Source of the DNA: Candidatus Latescibacterota bacterium
GTDB lineage: Bacteria; Latescibacterota; UBA2968; UBA8231
DNA: 64,000 nucleotides
Assembly (NCBI GenBank): GCA_965204725.1
Contig: OZ242005.1
Location: forward strand, 2,080,001-2,144,000
Direction of reading: 5' to 3'
Position numbers and translations under genes: made by a program. The notes under the pieces are model-generated. The model was not told the origin of the DNA and ran no database searches. It saw only the letters and a program-made list of their open reading frames with translations. Shown here one piece after another: positions 29,560 to 39,687 of this stretch (within the stretch, counting starts at the first letter, position 1; every line of letters starts with the position of its first letter).

Positions 29560-30483
29560 GAAGCCTTTTTAAAACTCCTTTTTTGCTTGGATTTGACGTA
29601 GGCGTACTCACCGCACCCCTTCAGGTTTCGCCTAAGAACCCTGAACGAAAGGTCTCCGATGAGTACGCCATATCAATATCCGACCGACCTAACAGACGCG
29701 CAATGGCAGCGGCTGTCTCCCTTCTTGCCCTCGCGTCGTTGGCGTCGTGGGGGTCCGGGTCGTCCGCCCCGGACTCTACGTTTGGTGCTCAATGGGATCC
29801 TCTATCGGGCTAAAACCGGCTGTCCGTGGCCGATGCTGCCGCCGACGTTTGGGCCGTGGCAAACAGTGTATGGATACTTCAATCGCTGGCGGCGAGACGG
29901 GCACTGGCCCCGGATACTGGACGCCTTGACCCGCCAACAGCGCACCCAACAAGGCCGCCGGCCAACCCCGTCGGCCGGCGGCATCGACGCCCAGAGTGTT
30001 AAGACCGCAACCCAAGGCCGAGCCATCGGCTACGACGCCGGGAAACGGGTCAAAGGACGCAAACGCCACCTGTTAGTCGATAGCCAAGGATCGATCCTGC
30101 AATGTAAGGTCACCGCCGCCGATGTCTCCGACGCCGACGGCCTAAAGGCCCTGTTGAGGGACTATTTCTCCGCCGGCGTCCAACGGCTGAGAAGAGTATG
30201 GGTCGATGCCGGTTACCGAGGGGAGGCGCTCAACGCATGGGTCGCCAACTTAAAACAAACCTATAAAATCCGATTGGACGTCCGTGAAAAACCACGTCCA
30301 GGCTTTACCCTACTCAAGCGCCGATGGGTCGTCGAACGAACCTTTGCTTGGTTGGGTAACTATCGTATCCACGCCAAAGACTATGAAACCTTAACCGACA
30401 ATAGCCAAGCCTTTATACATATCGTTATGATCCATCTGTTGCTCAAGCGAAAAAACAAAGAAAAAGAGTTTTAAAAAGGCTTC
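29560..30483 (+). mobile_element. IS5-family (IS1031-like) insertion sequence, 924 bp
   Basis: Perfect 18-bp terminal inverted repeats GAAGCCTTTTTAAAACTC (29560-29577 and 30466-30483) flanked by a TAA duplication (29557-59 and 30484-86). Confidence 0.9.
29659..30474 (+). CDS. IS5-family DDE transposase
   Basis: YPTDLTDAQW, GCPW.MLP..FGPWQTVY..F.RW, IDAQSVK, KGRKRH..VD, VDAGY, RWVVERTFAW. Confidence 0.93.
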   Translation: MSTPYQYPTDLTDAQWQRLSPFLPSRRWRRGGPGRPPRTLRLVLNGILYRAKTGCPWPMLPPTFGPWQTVYGYFNRWRRDGHWPRILDALTRQQRTQQGRRPTPSAGGIDAQSVKTATQGRAIGYDAGKRVKGRKRHLLVDSQGSILQCKVTAADVSDADGLKALLRDYFSAGVQRLRRVWVDAGYRGEALNAWVANLKQTYKIRLDVREKPRPGFTLLKRRWVVERTFAWLGNYRIHAKDYETLTDNSQAFIHIVMIHLLLKRKNKEKEF

Positions 30484-30497
30484 TAAAGAAAAATGCC

Positions 30498-31958
30498 ATG
30501 TTGACCGCCATTGTAAAACGCGAATGCCTCGATCATCTCTTTAGCTTGCGCTTCAGTTTCGCCTTAGTACTGGTGATGGGGCTGATGGTGCTCAACGCCC
30601 TCAGCTTTGCTGGCGGCACCTATCCGTACAAGCGCGACCGCTACCTCGAAAGGGTGCAAGCCCAGCGAGAGACCCTACGCGCCGACGCCGCTAGGTTGTG
30701 GCAACTCGCTGTCAGGGGGCCGGGCGATCTTCACAAAAAGCCCAGCCAACTGATGTTTTGCGCGGCCGAGGCCGACCATGCTTTGCCCAACCGCGTCGGG
30801 GCGTACAACACGGTAGAGGCTACATACCAAATCAAAATCTATGGTATGTGGGTTCTCTCCTTCTTAATTTCTCACTCCTTCCAAGATTCGCTGAGGCGCA
30901 CTGCTCAGCAACTCTTATCGGTCCAAGCCATTGACTGGGTTTTCATAATCGGCATCGTCCTCAGCTTGGTGGCCCTGCTGTTTACCTTTGAAGCCATCGT
31001 CGGCGAAAAAGAGCGCGGCACCCTCAAACTGGTCATGGCCCAAAGCCTGCCGCGCCACACCTTGCTGCTAGGCAAGTTCTTAGGGGCTATGCTCGTTCTA
31101 ACTTTGGTGATGGTCTTGGGCATGGTCGTCAACTTGCTGCTCGTGCTATCGCTTTCCGAAGCGAATTTGGGCGCAGATGAGACCGTGAGGTTGGTCGGAA
31201 TGGTGGGATTAGCCCTGCTCTATTTGAGCATCTTTGTGTCACTGGGGCTGTGGATATCCGCCCGCAGTAGCAGTGCCCGCGCCAGCTTGGTGAGCGTCCT
31301 CCTGCTGTGGACCTGCATTACCCTAATCTGGCCGCAAACCGGCGGCGTTTTGGCAGCCCGTCTGTTGCAAAACAAAAATCAGAGTGCGACGCCGGTGACC
31401 TATAAAAAGGACAAAATGGTGATGGAGTCGCCGACCTCAACTAAAATGCACCTTCTCGCAGCCAAGTTGACCAGACGCAATCTGAAAAATCCCGCAAAGG
31501 TACAGCCACTTGCCGAGGCCATCCGCGCCGACCGCCGCGCCGTCCAACAAATCGAGGACAGCATACTGGCCGATCAACTCAACCAAGCTGAATTCGCCCG
31601 CAACCTCGTGCGTCTGTCGCCAATGGGCTGCTTCCAGTACAGCATGGAAGCCTTCGCTGGCACTGGACTAGCACGTCACAAAAGTTTTATCGAACAGGTA
31701 CGTACCTATGCCCAGCTTTACGAGCAGACTATCATCGCCCTCGACCGCGAAGACCCCAAAAGCATGCACTTATTCCCGGTTCCCCAAGCCATGTCCAAGC
31801 GCGAAGTCTCCGTCGAGAGCCTCCCCGTCTTCCGCGAAGACCTGTCGGCGGCCACCTGCATCGGCCAAGCCCGCGTCGATGTCATCGGCCTGTACTTTTT
31901 GGCGGTCATCACTTATCTCATCGCTTATAGGGCGTGGCTGCGCAGTAGCGTGATCTAA
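30498..31958 (+). CDS. ABC-2 type permease, subfamily B, copy 1
   Basis: MLTAIVKRE, IVGEKERGTLKL.MAQSLPR..LLLGK. Confidence 0.88.
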   Translation: MLTAIVKRECLDHLFSLRFSFALVLVMGLMVLNALSFAGGTYPYKRDRYLERVQAQRETLRADAARLWQLAVRGPGDLHKKPSQLMFCAAEADHALPNRVGAYNTVEATYQIKIYGMWVLSFLISHSFQDSLRRTAQQLLSVQAIDWVFIIGIVLSLVALLFTFEAIVGEKERGTLKLVMAQSLPRHTLLLGKFLGAMLVLTLVMVLGMVVNLLLVLSLSEANLGADETVRLVGMVGLALLYLSIFVSLGLWISARSSSARASLVSVLLLWTCITLIWPQTGGVLAARLLQNKNQSATPVTYKKDKMVMESPTSTKMHLLAAKLTRRNLKNPAKVQPLAEAIRADRRAVQQIEDSILADQLNQAEFARNLVRLSPMGCFQYSMEAFAGTGLARHKSFIEQVRTYAQLYEQTIIALDREDPKSMHLFPVPQAMSKREVSVESLPVFREDLSAATCIGQARVDVIGLYFLAVITYLIAYRAWLRSSVI

Positions 31959-32068
31959 GAGGCAACCACCAACCTATTGCAGAAGCGATTCGCCAGTTCA
32001 GTTCTAAAGACAATCCGCTGCAAACGCAGCGAACACCCAACGGCCTCCTGCCATCTATCACAAGGAGA

Positions 32069-32872
32069 ATGCAGATGAAAGCGCTCGCAGTTCGCACCCT
32101 GTACTGGGCCTTTGCCGCAACTTGGCTGTACTGCCCCGGCAAGGCAATCGCCGAGACCAAAAGCCAATACGGCGGCTTTTCGCCCGATAGTCTTCAAGTC
32201 TTCTACGACTACATTCACGGCCAAGAGCTGATGCCGGTCGAAGCGGGGCCTCCATTGCGGCAAGCCGTAGAGGCCGTGCCCATTGAGCTGGGTACGGCTA
32301 TTGAGCTAGAGCAAGAAGCCGAACTACGCGACTGGCTCTACGACTTCTTGGTCGCCTTTTCAGCTTCGGGCAACGATAGTCTAGCTGCCACCTTCTATCT
32401 ACGTGAAAGAGTTAAGAACCCAGACCTAAAGATAAAGCGTGGCATTCCAGAATTATTTGAAAAGGTCAAAGCCGAATACCAAAAAACACGCGCAGATCTA
32501 GACTGCGACTACTTTTTTGCCAATGTATCTTTCTTGGATAGTGAGTTCAGGGTATTCGACATGCGGAAACAGTACGATAGCTATCAATCCTATGCCCAAA
32601 CCCACGGTATGCTTCCCAAGGGTCACACCACTATAACGCTCCCATTGCGCCAAGAAATCGAAACGCGCCTAGCGGAAGGCGAGCAGATGGTCTTCGCCGA
32701 CATCATGTTCATCGTCGAAGAGCCAGAGGAGTTCACCGCATTTGAGACGCCGGGACGCACCCCATCCTTTTTCCGGCTCGTGTGGGACCCAGAGCGGGCC
32801 GTGTGGCGATACGTAGAAGCCTTTTTCAGTACTGGCGTACCACAAACACAAATGTTTCTGTTAGGCATGTGA
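32069..32872 (+). CDS. Exported family-X protein, paralogue 2
   Basis: QYGGFSP, LRDWLYDFLVAFSASG.DSLAA.FYLRE, FFRLVWDPERAVWR. Confidence 0.85.
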   Translation: MQMKALAVRTLYWAFAATWLYCPGKAIAETKSQYGGFSPDSLQVFYDYIHGQELMPVEAGPPLRQAVEAVPIELGTAIELEQEAELRDWLYDFLVAFSASGNDSLAATFYLRERVKNPDLKIKRGIPELFEKVKAEYQKTRADLDCDYFFANVSFLDSEFRVFDMRKQYDSYQSYAQTHGMLPKGHTTITLPLRQEIETRLAEGEQMVFADIMFIVEEPEEFTAFETPGRTPSFFRLVWDPERAVWRYVEAFFSTGVPQTQMFLLGM

Positions 32873-32945
32873 TAGCTCCTCCAGCTAAACATGTTCCGCA
32901 AAAGCGGAGATAGAAGCCCTGCGCCGCCACCAACCGCCGCACAAG

Positions 32946-33122
32946 TGCGACATTTCGACGCATTTGTGCGATATATCCGCGCACTTTTGGGCCATCAAGC
33001 GGGTGCGGCAAAAGGCTCGATAAAATTATCATTACTTTCACAATCCATTATTTAACAGACACTTAGATCAGTTTTAACCGCCCGTTTACAGCCGCTATCC
33101 CACGGCAGGCACGATATTTGCA
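32946..33122 (+). promoter_or_regulatory. Sigma54 promoter module, copy 2
   Basis: TGCG-N9-CGCA at 32946 and 32967; AGGCACGATATTTGCA at 33107-33122. Confidence 0.75.
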
Positions 33123-33173
33123 TATAAGCTAGCAGAAGCGATACCCTGCACCCTTTGACGAAAGCAGCGCGCT

Positions 33174-35353
33174 ATGCTAGCACAACTCAACAAAAAGCTG
33201 TGGGATTGGTGGACCGTTTGGAACGCCTTTCTCGCCAAAACGGAGGTGAAGGCAACCCTCCAGCGCGACCAGCATCGCCTCCTCGTCTTCTTTCACGGCT
33301 ACAGTTTGGCCCACACCATTCGCCCGCTCGTGATAGCGCGTGTGCTGCGCGCGCGTTTTTGCTGGCCGATGTGCCTCAATTCCATCCGTCGGCCGGGCCG
33401 GTGCCGGCTTCCCATCACTACGTCGGGCCGCTCGTCGAAGACGAGCCGGTAGCCGACGAACCACCCGCAGCACTCGCGGACGCTGGCTGGAACACCGCGC
33501 TGCCCCTCATCTACTTCAATGCGGGCAGCACGGGCGTAGATGACCGCTTTCTGCCCGCCATCCTGCGGGCCTTGGCCCCGTTGCCCTACCGCCTGCTAAT
33601 CACGACGGCCGGCCGCTATGCGGTGGAAGCCCCCTCGGACAACGTGCGGATCGTCGAGTACGTGCCCGCCCGCTTGGCCATGCGCCAAGCCGCGCTCTTT
33701 ATCGGCATTGGCGGCATTGGCTCCATTTACCACGCGCTGGCCGAGGGCGTACCCATCATAGGCGCACCCGAACACCTCGACCAAGAGTACCACCTCAACC
33801 GAGTGCGCGACCTCGGCTTGGGCCTAAAAATGCCGCGCCAGTGCTTTGCCCAAGCGAGAGACATTATCCAGCAGGTGCGCTACCTATTCGACCACTACGA
33901 GGAATTCAGCACCGGCTGTGCCGCCTTTGCCAGCCATATATCCGCCTATAAAGGCGGGGACATCGCCGCGGATGTGATCGACGAGTTGCTCTATCACAAA
34001 GACCCGATTGAGCAGGACAACATGGTGTCAGAGGACGAATTCATCCGCCATCTCTATCCCCTGAACACCACCGCTTCGCTACCGACCCTCCGCGCCCTAC
34101 TCGCCGCGGCGCGCCAGCGAGGCATACCTCATGTGCGACAGGGACGCATGGTGTGGTACAACAAGCGCACCTCGTGGAACTGGCTCTACGACCACGAGCC
34201 GCGCTTCTTCGAGTTGGATTATCAAATGCGGGAAAGGATGCGGGCGTCGTTTCTCGCGCATCGCAACGACCAGCTAAAGGCACGCCAATCTAGCCAGCGC
34301 TACCGATTGACGTACACCTACAAGGCGCACATCGCCGCTTGCGAGGCCACTCCATCGGCACAGCTTTTCTTGCCCTATCCCCTGCGCTTGGCACAACAGC
34401 CCGTCGTCGAGTTACTCGACTGCAATCCAAGTGAGTTGCGCCCGTATCTGGCTCCCCACGCCGGCTTCTTCTACGCCTATCCCTGCTCTATTGAGCCAGC
34501 CGATGGGACGCTGGAATTCTCGTATTCCTGCGAGGTTGAGGTGCATAGCTTACCCATGGCCGGTTGCGTTCCCACGCCGCTAACGCCGAGCGAGCACCGC
34601 CATTACACCCAAGTAGAAGACTCCTTGCGCCGGTCGCGGCTGGTGCGGGACGTTCTCGCCGGTTTGCAGCTCGACGAACCGAACCTGAGCGATGTTGCGA
34701 AGGCGCGCCGCTTGTACGAGCACCTAGTGCGGAGCAAGCGCTTTCAGAAAACCAACGAAAAGTGCCAGTGCTTGGGATGTAGCACGGCCATGACGCTCCG
34801 CGACGACAGCGGCCACTGCATTACCCTGAGCCGCACCTATATGGCCCTGTGCCGTCTGTTGGGCATCCCAGCCCGCGAGGCAACCGGCGGCTTGGCGGTC
34901 GCGCCGCAAGGGCCGGACCGCTATGGCATTAGCACCTATGACCTGCCCATCTTCGGCCACACTTGGATAGAGCTATACACGAGCGAGACCGGCTGGTTGC
35001 CAGTGGAATTTCACGGCATCGCCTTGGGCCGCCATGCCATGACTGCGGATAACGTCGCCGATCCCTTGCTGCGCCAGCGCATTGAGGGGCACAGCGAGGC
35101 GTTTCTCGAGTACTACTTCGGCCACCTAGACTGCCACCGGATAATGTGCTCCAAGTCGGTCGTGGACATTCCGCAACTCATGGTGCCCAACCCCAACGCT
35201 GCGACTGAACCCCACTGGCCCCTGACCATACCCGAAGGACTACACTACGAATGCCATTTGACCCTTGCCTCCCTCTCCCATTCCTCCCCCCTCGGGGGGG
35301 AGTTGCCGCCCCCGGCGGCAGTGGGGGGCCTACCTCGGAGGAAAACCCCATGA
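33174..35353 (+). pseudogene. GT-B (GT1/MGT-like) glycosyltransferase fused to a transglutaminase-like domain, with an internal deletion/frameshift near 33355
   Basis: The frame from 33174 gives VFFHGYSLAHTIRPLVIARVLRAR. The rest (YFNAGSTG, EYVP, GGIGSIYHALAEGVP, HLDQ; then GHC, LGIPAR, GHTW, GWLPVE) is in another frame. More than 130 codons present in the 63415 paralogue are missing. Confidence 0.75.
35283..35330. repeat. Palindromic REP-like element (second copy at 48100-48146)
   Basis: CCTCCCCCCTCGGGGGGGAG followed by GCCGCC...GGCGGC...GGGGGGCC. Confidence 0.6.
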
Positions 35354-36405
35354 CCCCCGATATCTCCGTCGTCATTGCCACCCACAACCAGCGGGCGCGG
35401 CTGCGCTTGGTGTTGTGCGGCTTGGCTTGCCAGCATTTTCCCAAGGATCGTTTTGAGATCATCGTCGTTGACGATGGCTGTACCGATGGTACGGACGCCA
35501 TGCTGGCCGCTGAATATCCAGAAGTACACGTGGTGAAGATGCGGCCTAACGTGGGGCGCTGCCGGGCGCGCAACGCCGGCGTCGAACAGGCACAGGGCGC
35601 GTTGGTCGCCTTTCTCGACGGCGACGCCTTGCCGCATCCCAATTGGTTGGCGCGGCTCTGGGCGGAATGGGAGCGCGGAGGACGCCAGCGCTATGTGTGC
35701 GGCTTCCTGTATAGCCTGCCGCTCATCGAGTATCTGCCCGATCCGCAGCAGGCCGTCTTTGACTCCGAGCGCACCCCGAGCGTTGTGGCCGACTTTCTGC
35801 TAATCAATCAAGAGCAGGTGTTGATTACCCAAGACCAAATTCGCCACGATTTTGCCGGTATCCACGCCCGCGCTCAGGAAGGCGGCTATCCCTTTGACGA
35901 ACTCAAGACCATGCAGGATCAGGTCGCGGAACTGTACGCGGCGCATCCCGACTCGCCCGTGGGCTTTCTCGGCTTTTATCCGCACAACAGCGCGGTGCCG
36001 CGTCAAGCCTTCTGTGAGGTGGGTGGCTTTGCGGCGGACATTCCGTTTTCCGAGGGGTGGGATTTGGCCTATCGGTTGCAGCGCGCTGGCGTCGGCCCGG
36101 GCTTTGCCCGCCACGCCTTGACCTATCACTTGTACCACTATCACGAGTTTTCCGATCCGAGCAAACTCGCTGACGAGCAGCGCACCCGGGTGCAAGCCAT
36201 TGACTACATGGCGCGGGCAAACCGCGACCCCAAGCTGTGGTTGATCGAATTGTGGCGGGCGGGCATCTGGCCCGATCCGCTCATGCCTGACCAACTGGTC
36301 TTGCGCGACCTGTTGCACTTTCACGAGCGGTATGGCGAAGTGCAGCCCGACGAGATGACCGAGATAGAAGCCTTGCTGCGGCGGCATCCCGCCCAAGCGG
36401 CCTGA
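35350..36405 (+). CDS. Family 2 glycosyltransferase
   Basis: ISVVIATHN, IIVVDDGCTDGT, ARNAG, FLDGD, VGGF, EGWDLAYRL, HLYH; ATGA overlap with the upstream gene. Confidence 0.9.
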   Translation: MTPDISVVIATHNQRARLRLVLCGLACQHFPKDRFEIIVVDDGCTDGTDAMLAAEYPEVHVVKMRPNVGRCRARNAGVEQAQGALVAFLDGDALPHPNWLARLWAEWERGGRQRYVCGFLYSLPLIEYLPDPQQAVFDSERTPSVVADFLLINQEQVLITQDQIRHDFAGIHARAQEGGYPFDELKTMQDQVAELYAAHPDSPVGFLGFYPHNSAVPRQAFCEVGGFAADIPFSEGWDLAYRLQRAGVGPGFARHALTYHLYHYHEFSDPSKLADEQRTRVQAIDYMARANRDPKLWLIELWRAGIWPDPLMPDQLVLRDLLHFHERYGEVQPDEMTEIEALLRRHPAQAA

Positions 36406-36424
36406 GATCGGGGCGTTGTCTTAG

Positions 36425-36623
36425 TGCGATGATTTGACGCATTTGTGCGATGTATCCGCGCACTTTTAGGCCGTCAAAAGGGCTACACAAAGAGCGCAAG
36501 CGGCGAGTGAGAAAATTTTTATTATTATTATAAATCGTTTTTTAACAATTAGTTATGATAAATAAAACCAAACATATCAGCGCGATTATCACCTGCTGGT
36601 CACTCATTGGCACGATAATTGCG
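36425..36623 (+). promoter_or_regulatory. Sigma54 promoter module, copy 3
   Basis: TGCG-N9-CGCA at 36425 and 36446; TTGGCACGATAATTGCG at 36607-36623. Confidence 0.85.
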
Positions 36624-36684
36624 ATAATACTTACTGAAACAACAACCCGCCCTCGTCCACAGCAACAGAAAGGAGGGAACGCTT

Positions 36685-36783
36685 ATGAAGCACATCGTCT
36701 CAACTGGCTTGGGGCTTGCGGCCCTAGTAGCCAGTGCTTCACCTCGGAGATCGCCTCCGAGAGAACTTAACAAACCTAAGTAA
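36685..36783 (+). CDS. 32-aa leader-like ORF or degenerate precursor remnant
   Basis: AAGGAGG RBS; MKHIVSTGLGLAALVASASPRRSPPRELNKPK*; homologous DNA at 43550. Confidence 0.4.
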   Translation: MKHIVSTGLGLAALVASASPRRSPPRELNKPK

Positions 36784-36794
36784 AGGAGTTCGTC

Positions 36795-36958
36795 ATGAAG
36801 ACGCGCATCATCCGGCTCGCCATTGGCCTCACGGCCTTGGTCGCCAGCTTCCTCCCGCAGAAGGCCGAGGCACTTTGCATCGCGGTCTGCTGGGGGGCGT
36901 CTGCTGGGGGGATATCTGCGGCTGCGTAAACGATAAGCCCATTTGCATTGACGGCTAA
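36795..36958 (+). pseudogene. Cys-rich secreted peptide precursor 1, frameshifted in a G6 run
   Basis: AAAGGAG RBS; MKTRIIRLAIGLTALVASFLPQKAEA-LCIAVCWG, then another frame reads GVCWGDICGCVNDKPICIDG*. Confidence 0.75.
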
Positions 36959-37012
36959 TGCATTAATCCGGGATGGTGGCTTAATCGCCGCTACCCTGGA
37001 GCAACCCCCTAC

Positions 37013-37047
37013 CGGCGGCGAGTGGTTTAGCCAACCACTCGCCGCCG
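37013..37047 (+). terminator. Perfect 15-bp stem-loop downstream of precursor 1
   Basis: CGGCGGCGAGTGGTT-tagcc-AACCACTCGCCGCCG; no U-tract, so possibly an mRNA stabiliser. Confidence 0.55.
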
Positions 37048-37081
37048 AAACAACGACAAACCCGATAATAAGGAGAATACC

Positions 37082-37912
37082 ATGAAACTCTTAGCCATTC
37101 GCACCCTGTCTTTCGCTCTAGTCGCCGCTTGGCTCGCTGTCGCCAGCGCAGCCGCGGCCGATCCGAAGCCCCAGTACGGCGGCTTTTCGCCCGATGCCGA
37201 GGGGCGCCAAGCCTATCTCGACTACATCCACAGCTTGGACATGATCGAGATCGAGGCCGGCCCCGAATTGCGGAGCACTGTTGAAGCTATCCCCGTTGAG
37301 GCGGGCGTCGCCCTCACCCCCGCGCAAGAAGCCGGACTGCGCGACTGGCTCTACGACTTCTTGGTCGCCTTCTCCGTCTCCGGCAATGACAGCCTCGCCG
37401 CTGCCTTTTACCTGCGCGAGGGCATCAATAACCCCGACAGGGTAGAGCAACTGAAAAAGATGCTTGCGAGCAAAGAGACCCTAAAAGGCGATACGCCCTT
37501 TGCAGCCTTCAAAGCCGCGCACAGAGAAAACCTCGACTTTAAGGGGCGCGATTATTTCCTCGGAAACGCGTCCTTTTTCGACAGTGTGTACCGAGTGTTT
37601 GAAAAGCAAGGAGGGTATGAAAGCTATATGGAATACGCCAAGACCCACGGCCTGCTTCCCACGGGCTTGATGGCGTGGCCCCCCAAGCTGATGAGCGAGG
37701 TTACGAAAGCACTGCAAGCGGGCGAGCAGCGGGTCTTGGCCGAGGTCCTGTTCATCGTCGAAGAGCCCGAGGAGTTCGCCGACTTTGAGGGGTCAATCCG
37801 CACCCCGTTTTTCGTGCGACAGCTCTGGGATCCGGAGCGGAGTATGTGGCGCTTGGTAGAAATTTTCACGTCAAATAACGCGCCGGTTATGTTCTCGTTC
37901 ACCGGCATGTAA
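37082..37912 (+). CDS. Exported family-X protein, paralogue 3
   Basis: Signal peptide, KPQYGGFS and the conserved family blocks. Confidence 0.87.
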   Translation: MKLLAIRTLSFALVAAWLAVASAAAADPKPQYGGFSPDAEGRQAYLDYIHSLDMIEIEAGPELRSTVEAIPVEAGVALTPAQEAGLRDWLYDFLVAFSVSGNDSLAAAFYLREGINNPDRVEQLKKMLASKETLKGDTPFAAFKAAHRENLDFKGRDYFLGNASFFDSVYRVFEKQGGYESYMEYAKTHGLLPTGLMAWPPKLMSEVTKALQAGEQRVLAEVLFIVEEPEEFADFEGSIRTPFFVRQLWDPERSMWRLVEIFTSNNAPVMFSFTGM

Positions 37913-37953
37913 CCCGGCCTTGCCACAAACCACTACTTACTGGAGGAAATACC

Positions 37954-38778
37954 ATGAAAAAGCGGACCATCCACGCCCTGTATTTCGCCCTACTCGCCAT
38001 CTGGTCCGGCCTCGCCAGCGTAGCTGCGACCAAGCCCCAGTACGGCGGCTTTTCGTCCGATGCCGAGGGGCGTCAAGCCTATCTCGACTACATCCACAGC
38101 TTGGAGATGATCGCGGTCGCGGCCGGTCCCGAATTGCGGAACGCGGTCGAAGCTATCCCCGTCGAGGCGGACGTCGCCCTCACCCCCGCGCAAGAAGCAG
38201 GGCTACACGACTGGCTCTACGACTTCTTGGTCGCCTTCTCCAGCTCGGGCAGCGACAGCCTTGCCGCGGCCTTTTACCTGCGCGAGGGCGTCAATAACCC
38301 CGATGGGGTAGAGGAACTAAAAAAGGAGCTTGAAGCCAAGGGGCTCCTAAAAGGCGATACGCCTTTGGCTATCTTCCAAGCTGGGCACAGAGAAATGCTC
38401 AACAGGAATGAGCGCGACTACTACTTGGAAAAGGTGTCCTTTTTCGACAGCGCGTTCAAGGTGTCCAAAATGCAGGCGGAATACAGTGCTTATGTCATAT
38501 CCCTTATGATCCACCGCATGGTGCCCAATATGAATCTATCGACTTCCACCTCCAAGCTGATGAGCGAGATTGCGGAAGCACTGCAAGCGGGCGAGCAGTG
38601 GGTCTTTGCCGAGGTCCTGTTCATCGTTGAAGATCCCGAGGAGTTCGCCGGGTTTGAGGGGCCGGGGCGCAGTGCGTTCTTCTTCCGGCTGGCTTGGGAC
38701 CGGGAGAAGGCTATGTGGCGCCATGTAGAAAGCGTTTACGGCCTCGGGACGCCGTATTTTCTGTTCAACTCCACATAA
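37954..38778 (+). CDS. Exported family-X protein, paralogue 4
   Basis: Signal peptide, KPQYGGFS and the conserved family blocks. Confidence 0.87.
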   Translation: MKKRTIHALYFALLAIWSGLASVAATKPQYGGFSSDAEGRQAYLDYIHSLEMIAVAAGPELRNAVEAIPVEADVALTPAQEAGLHDWLYDFLVAFSSSGSDSLAAAFYLREGVNNPDGVEELKKELEAKGLLKGDTPLAIFQAGHREMLNRNERDYYLEKVSFFDSAFKVSKMQAEYSAYVISLMIHRMVPNMNLSTSTSKLMSEIAEALQAGEQWVFAEVLFIVEDPEEFAGFEGPGRSAFFFRLAWDREKAMWRHVESVYGLGTPYFLFNST

Positions 38779-38837
38779 TTGGGCCTTGCGACAAACCTGC
38801 GCCCGATGCTTCTAACTATCCACATAAGGAGGATACC

Positions 38838-39656
38838 ATGAAACCCTTATTCATTCGCGTTCTGTATTTCGTCCTAATCGCCGTCGCCAGCGCAGCTATA
38901 GCCGATCCCAAACCCCAGTACGGCGGCTTTTCGTCCCACCCCGATAGCCTCCAAGTCTTCTACGACTATATCCACGGTCAGGAGATGATGAAGGTTGAGG
39001 CTGGCCCCGAATTGCGGAGCACCGTTGAGGCCATCCCCGTCGACTTGGCCGCTCCCATCGATCTGGAGCAAGAAACCGGGCTACGCGACTGGCTCTACGA
39101 CTTTTTGGTCGCCTTTTCGGCCTCGGGCAGCGATAGCCTCGCCGCCGCCTTTTACCTCCGCGAAGGTGTCAATAACCCCGACATGATAGAGGTACTAAAA
39201 AAGTATCTCGATCGCAGAGATACTCTAACAGGTGATACGCCCTTTGCCATTCTTGCAGCCGGACATAGGAACATACTCGGCTCGGCGAAGCGCGACTACT
39301 TTTTTGAGAACGTGTCCTTTTTCGACAGCGTGTTCAAGGTGTTTGAGATGCAGGAGGAATACGATAGTTATGCGTTCTACCTCCAAACGCACGGCATGAT
39401 CCCCAGAGGCACCTTGAAGTTTCACCTCAAACTCCAAGACGAGGTGGAGGAAGCACTACAAGCGGGTGAGCCATTGGTTTTTGCCGACATCATGTTCATC
39501 GTCGAAGAGCCAGCAGGGGTCTCCGATTGGTCGTGGCAGGGGCGCACCCCGTCCTTCTTCAGACTAGTCTGGGATCCAGAGCGGGCTATGTGGCGCCATG
39601 TAGAGGTCTATTTCAGCCGTGGCGTCCCCCAGGACTTTCTGTTCAACGTCATGTAA
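38838..39656 (+). CDS. Exported family-X protein, paralogue 5
   Basis: AAGGAGG RBS, MKPLFIR start, conserved family blocks. Confidence 0.87.
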   Translation: MKPLFIRVLYFVLIAVASAAIADPKPQYGGFSSHPDSLQVFYDYIHGQEMMKVEAGPELRSTVEAIPVDLAAPIDLEQETGLRDWLYDFLVAFSASGSDSLAAAFYLREGVNNPDMIEVLKKYLDRRDTLTGDTPFAILAAGHRNILGSAKRDYFFENVSFFDSVFKVFEMQEEYDSYAFYLQTHGMIPRGTLKFHLKLQDEVEEALQAGEPLVFADIMFIVEEPAGVSDWSWQGRTPSFFRLVWDPERAMWRHVEVYFSRGVPQDFLFNVM

Positions 39657-39687
39657 CCCACCCTTTACCACTCGCAGGAGAAAAATC

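Noticed and set aside
33155-33355. N-terminus of the track's 732-aa ORF
   Set aside because: The real N-terminal homology is in the 33174 frame, as the 63415 paralogue shows.
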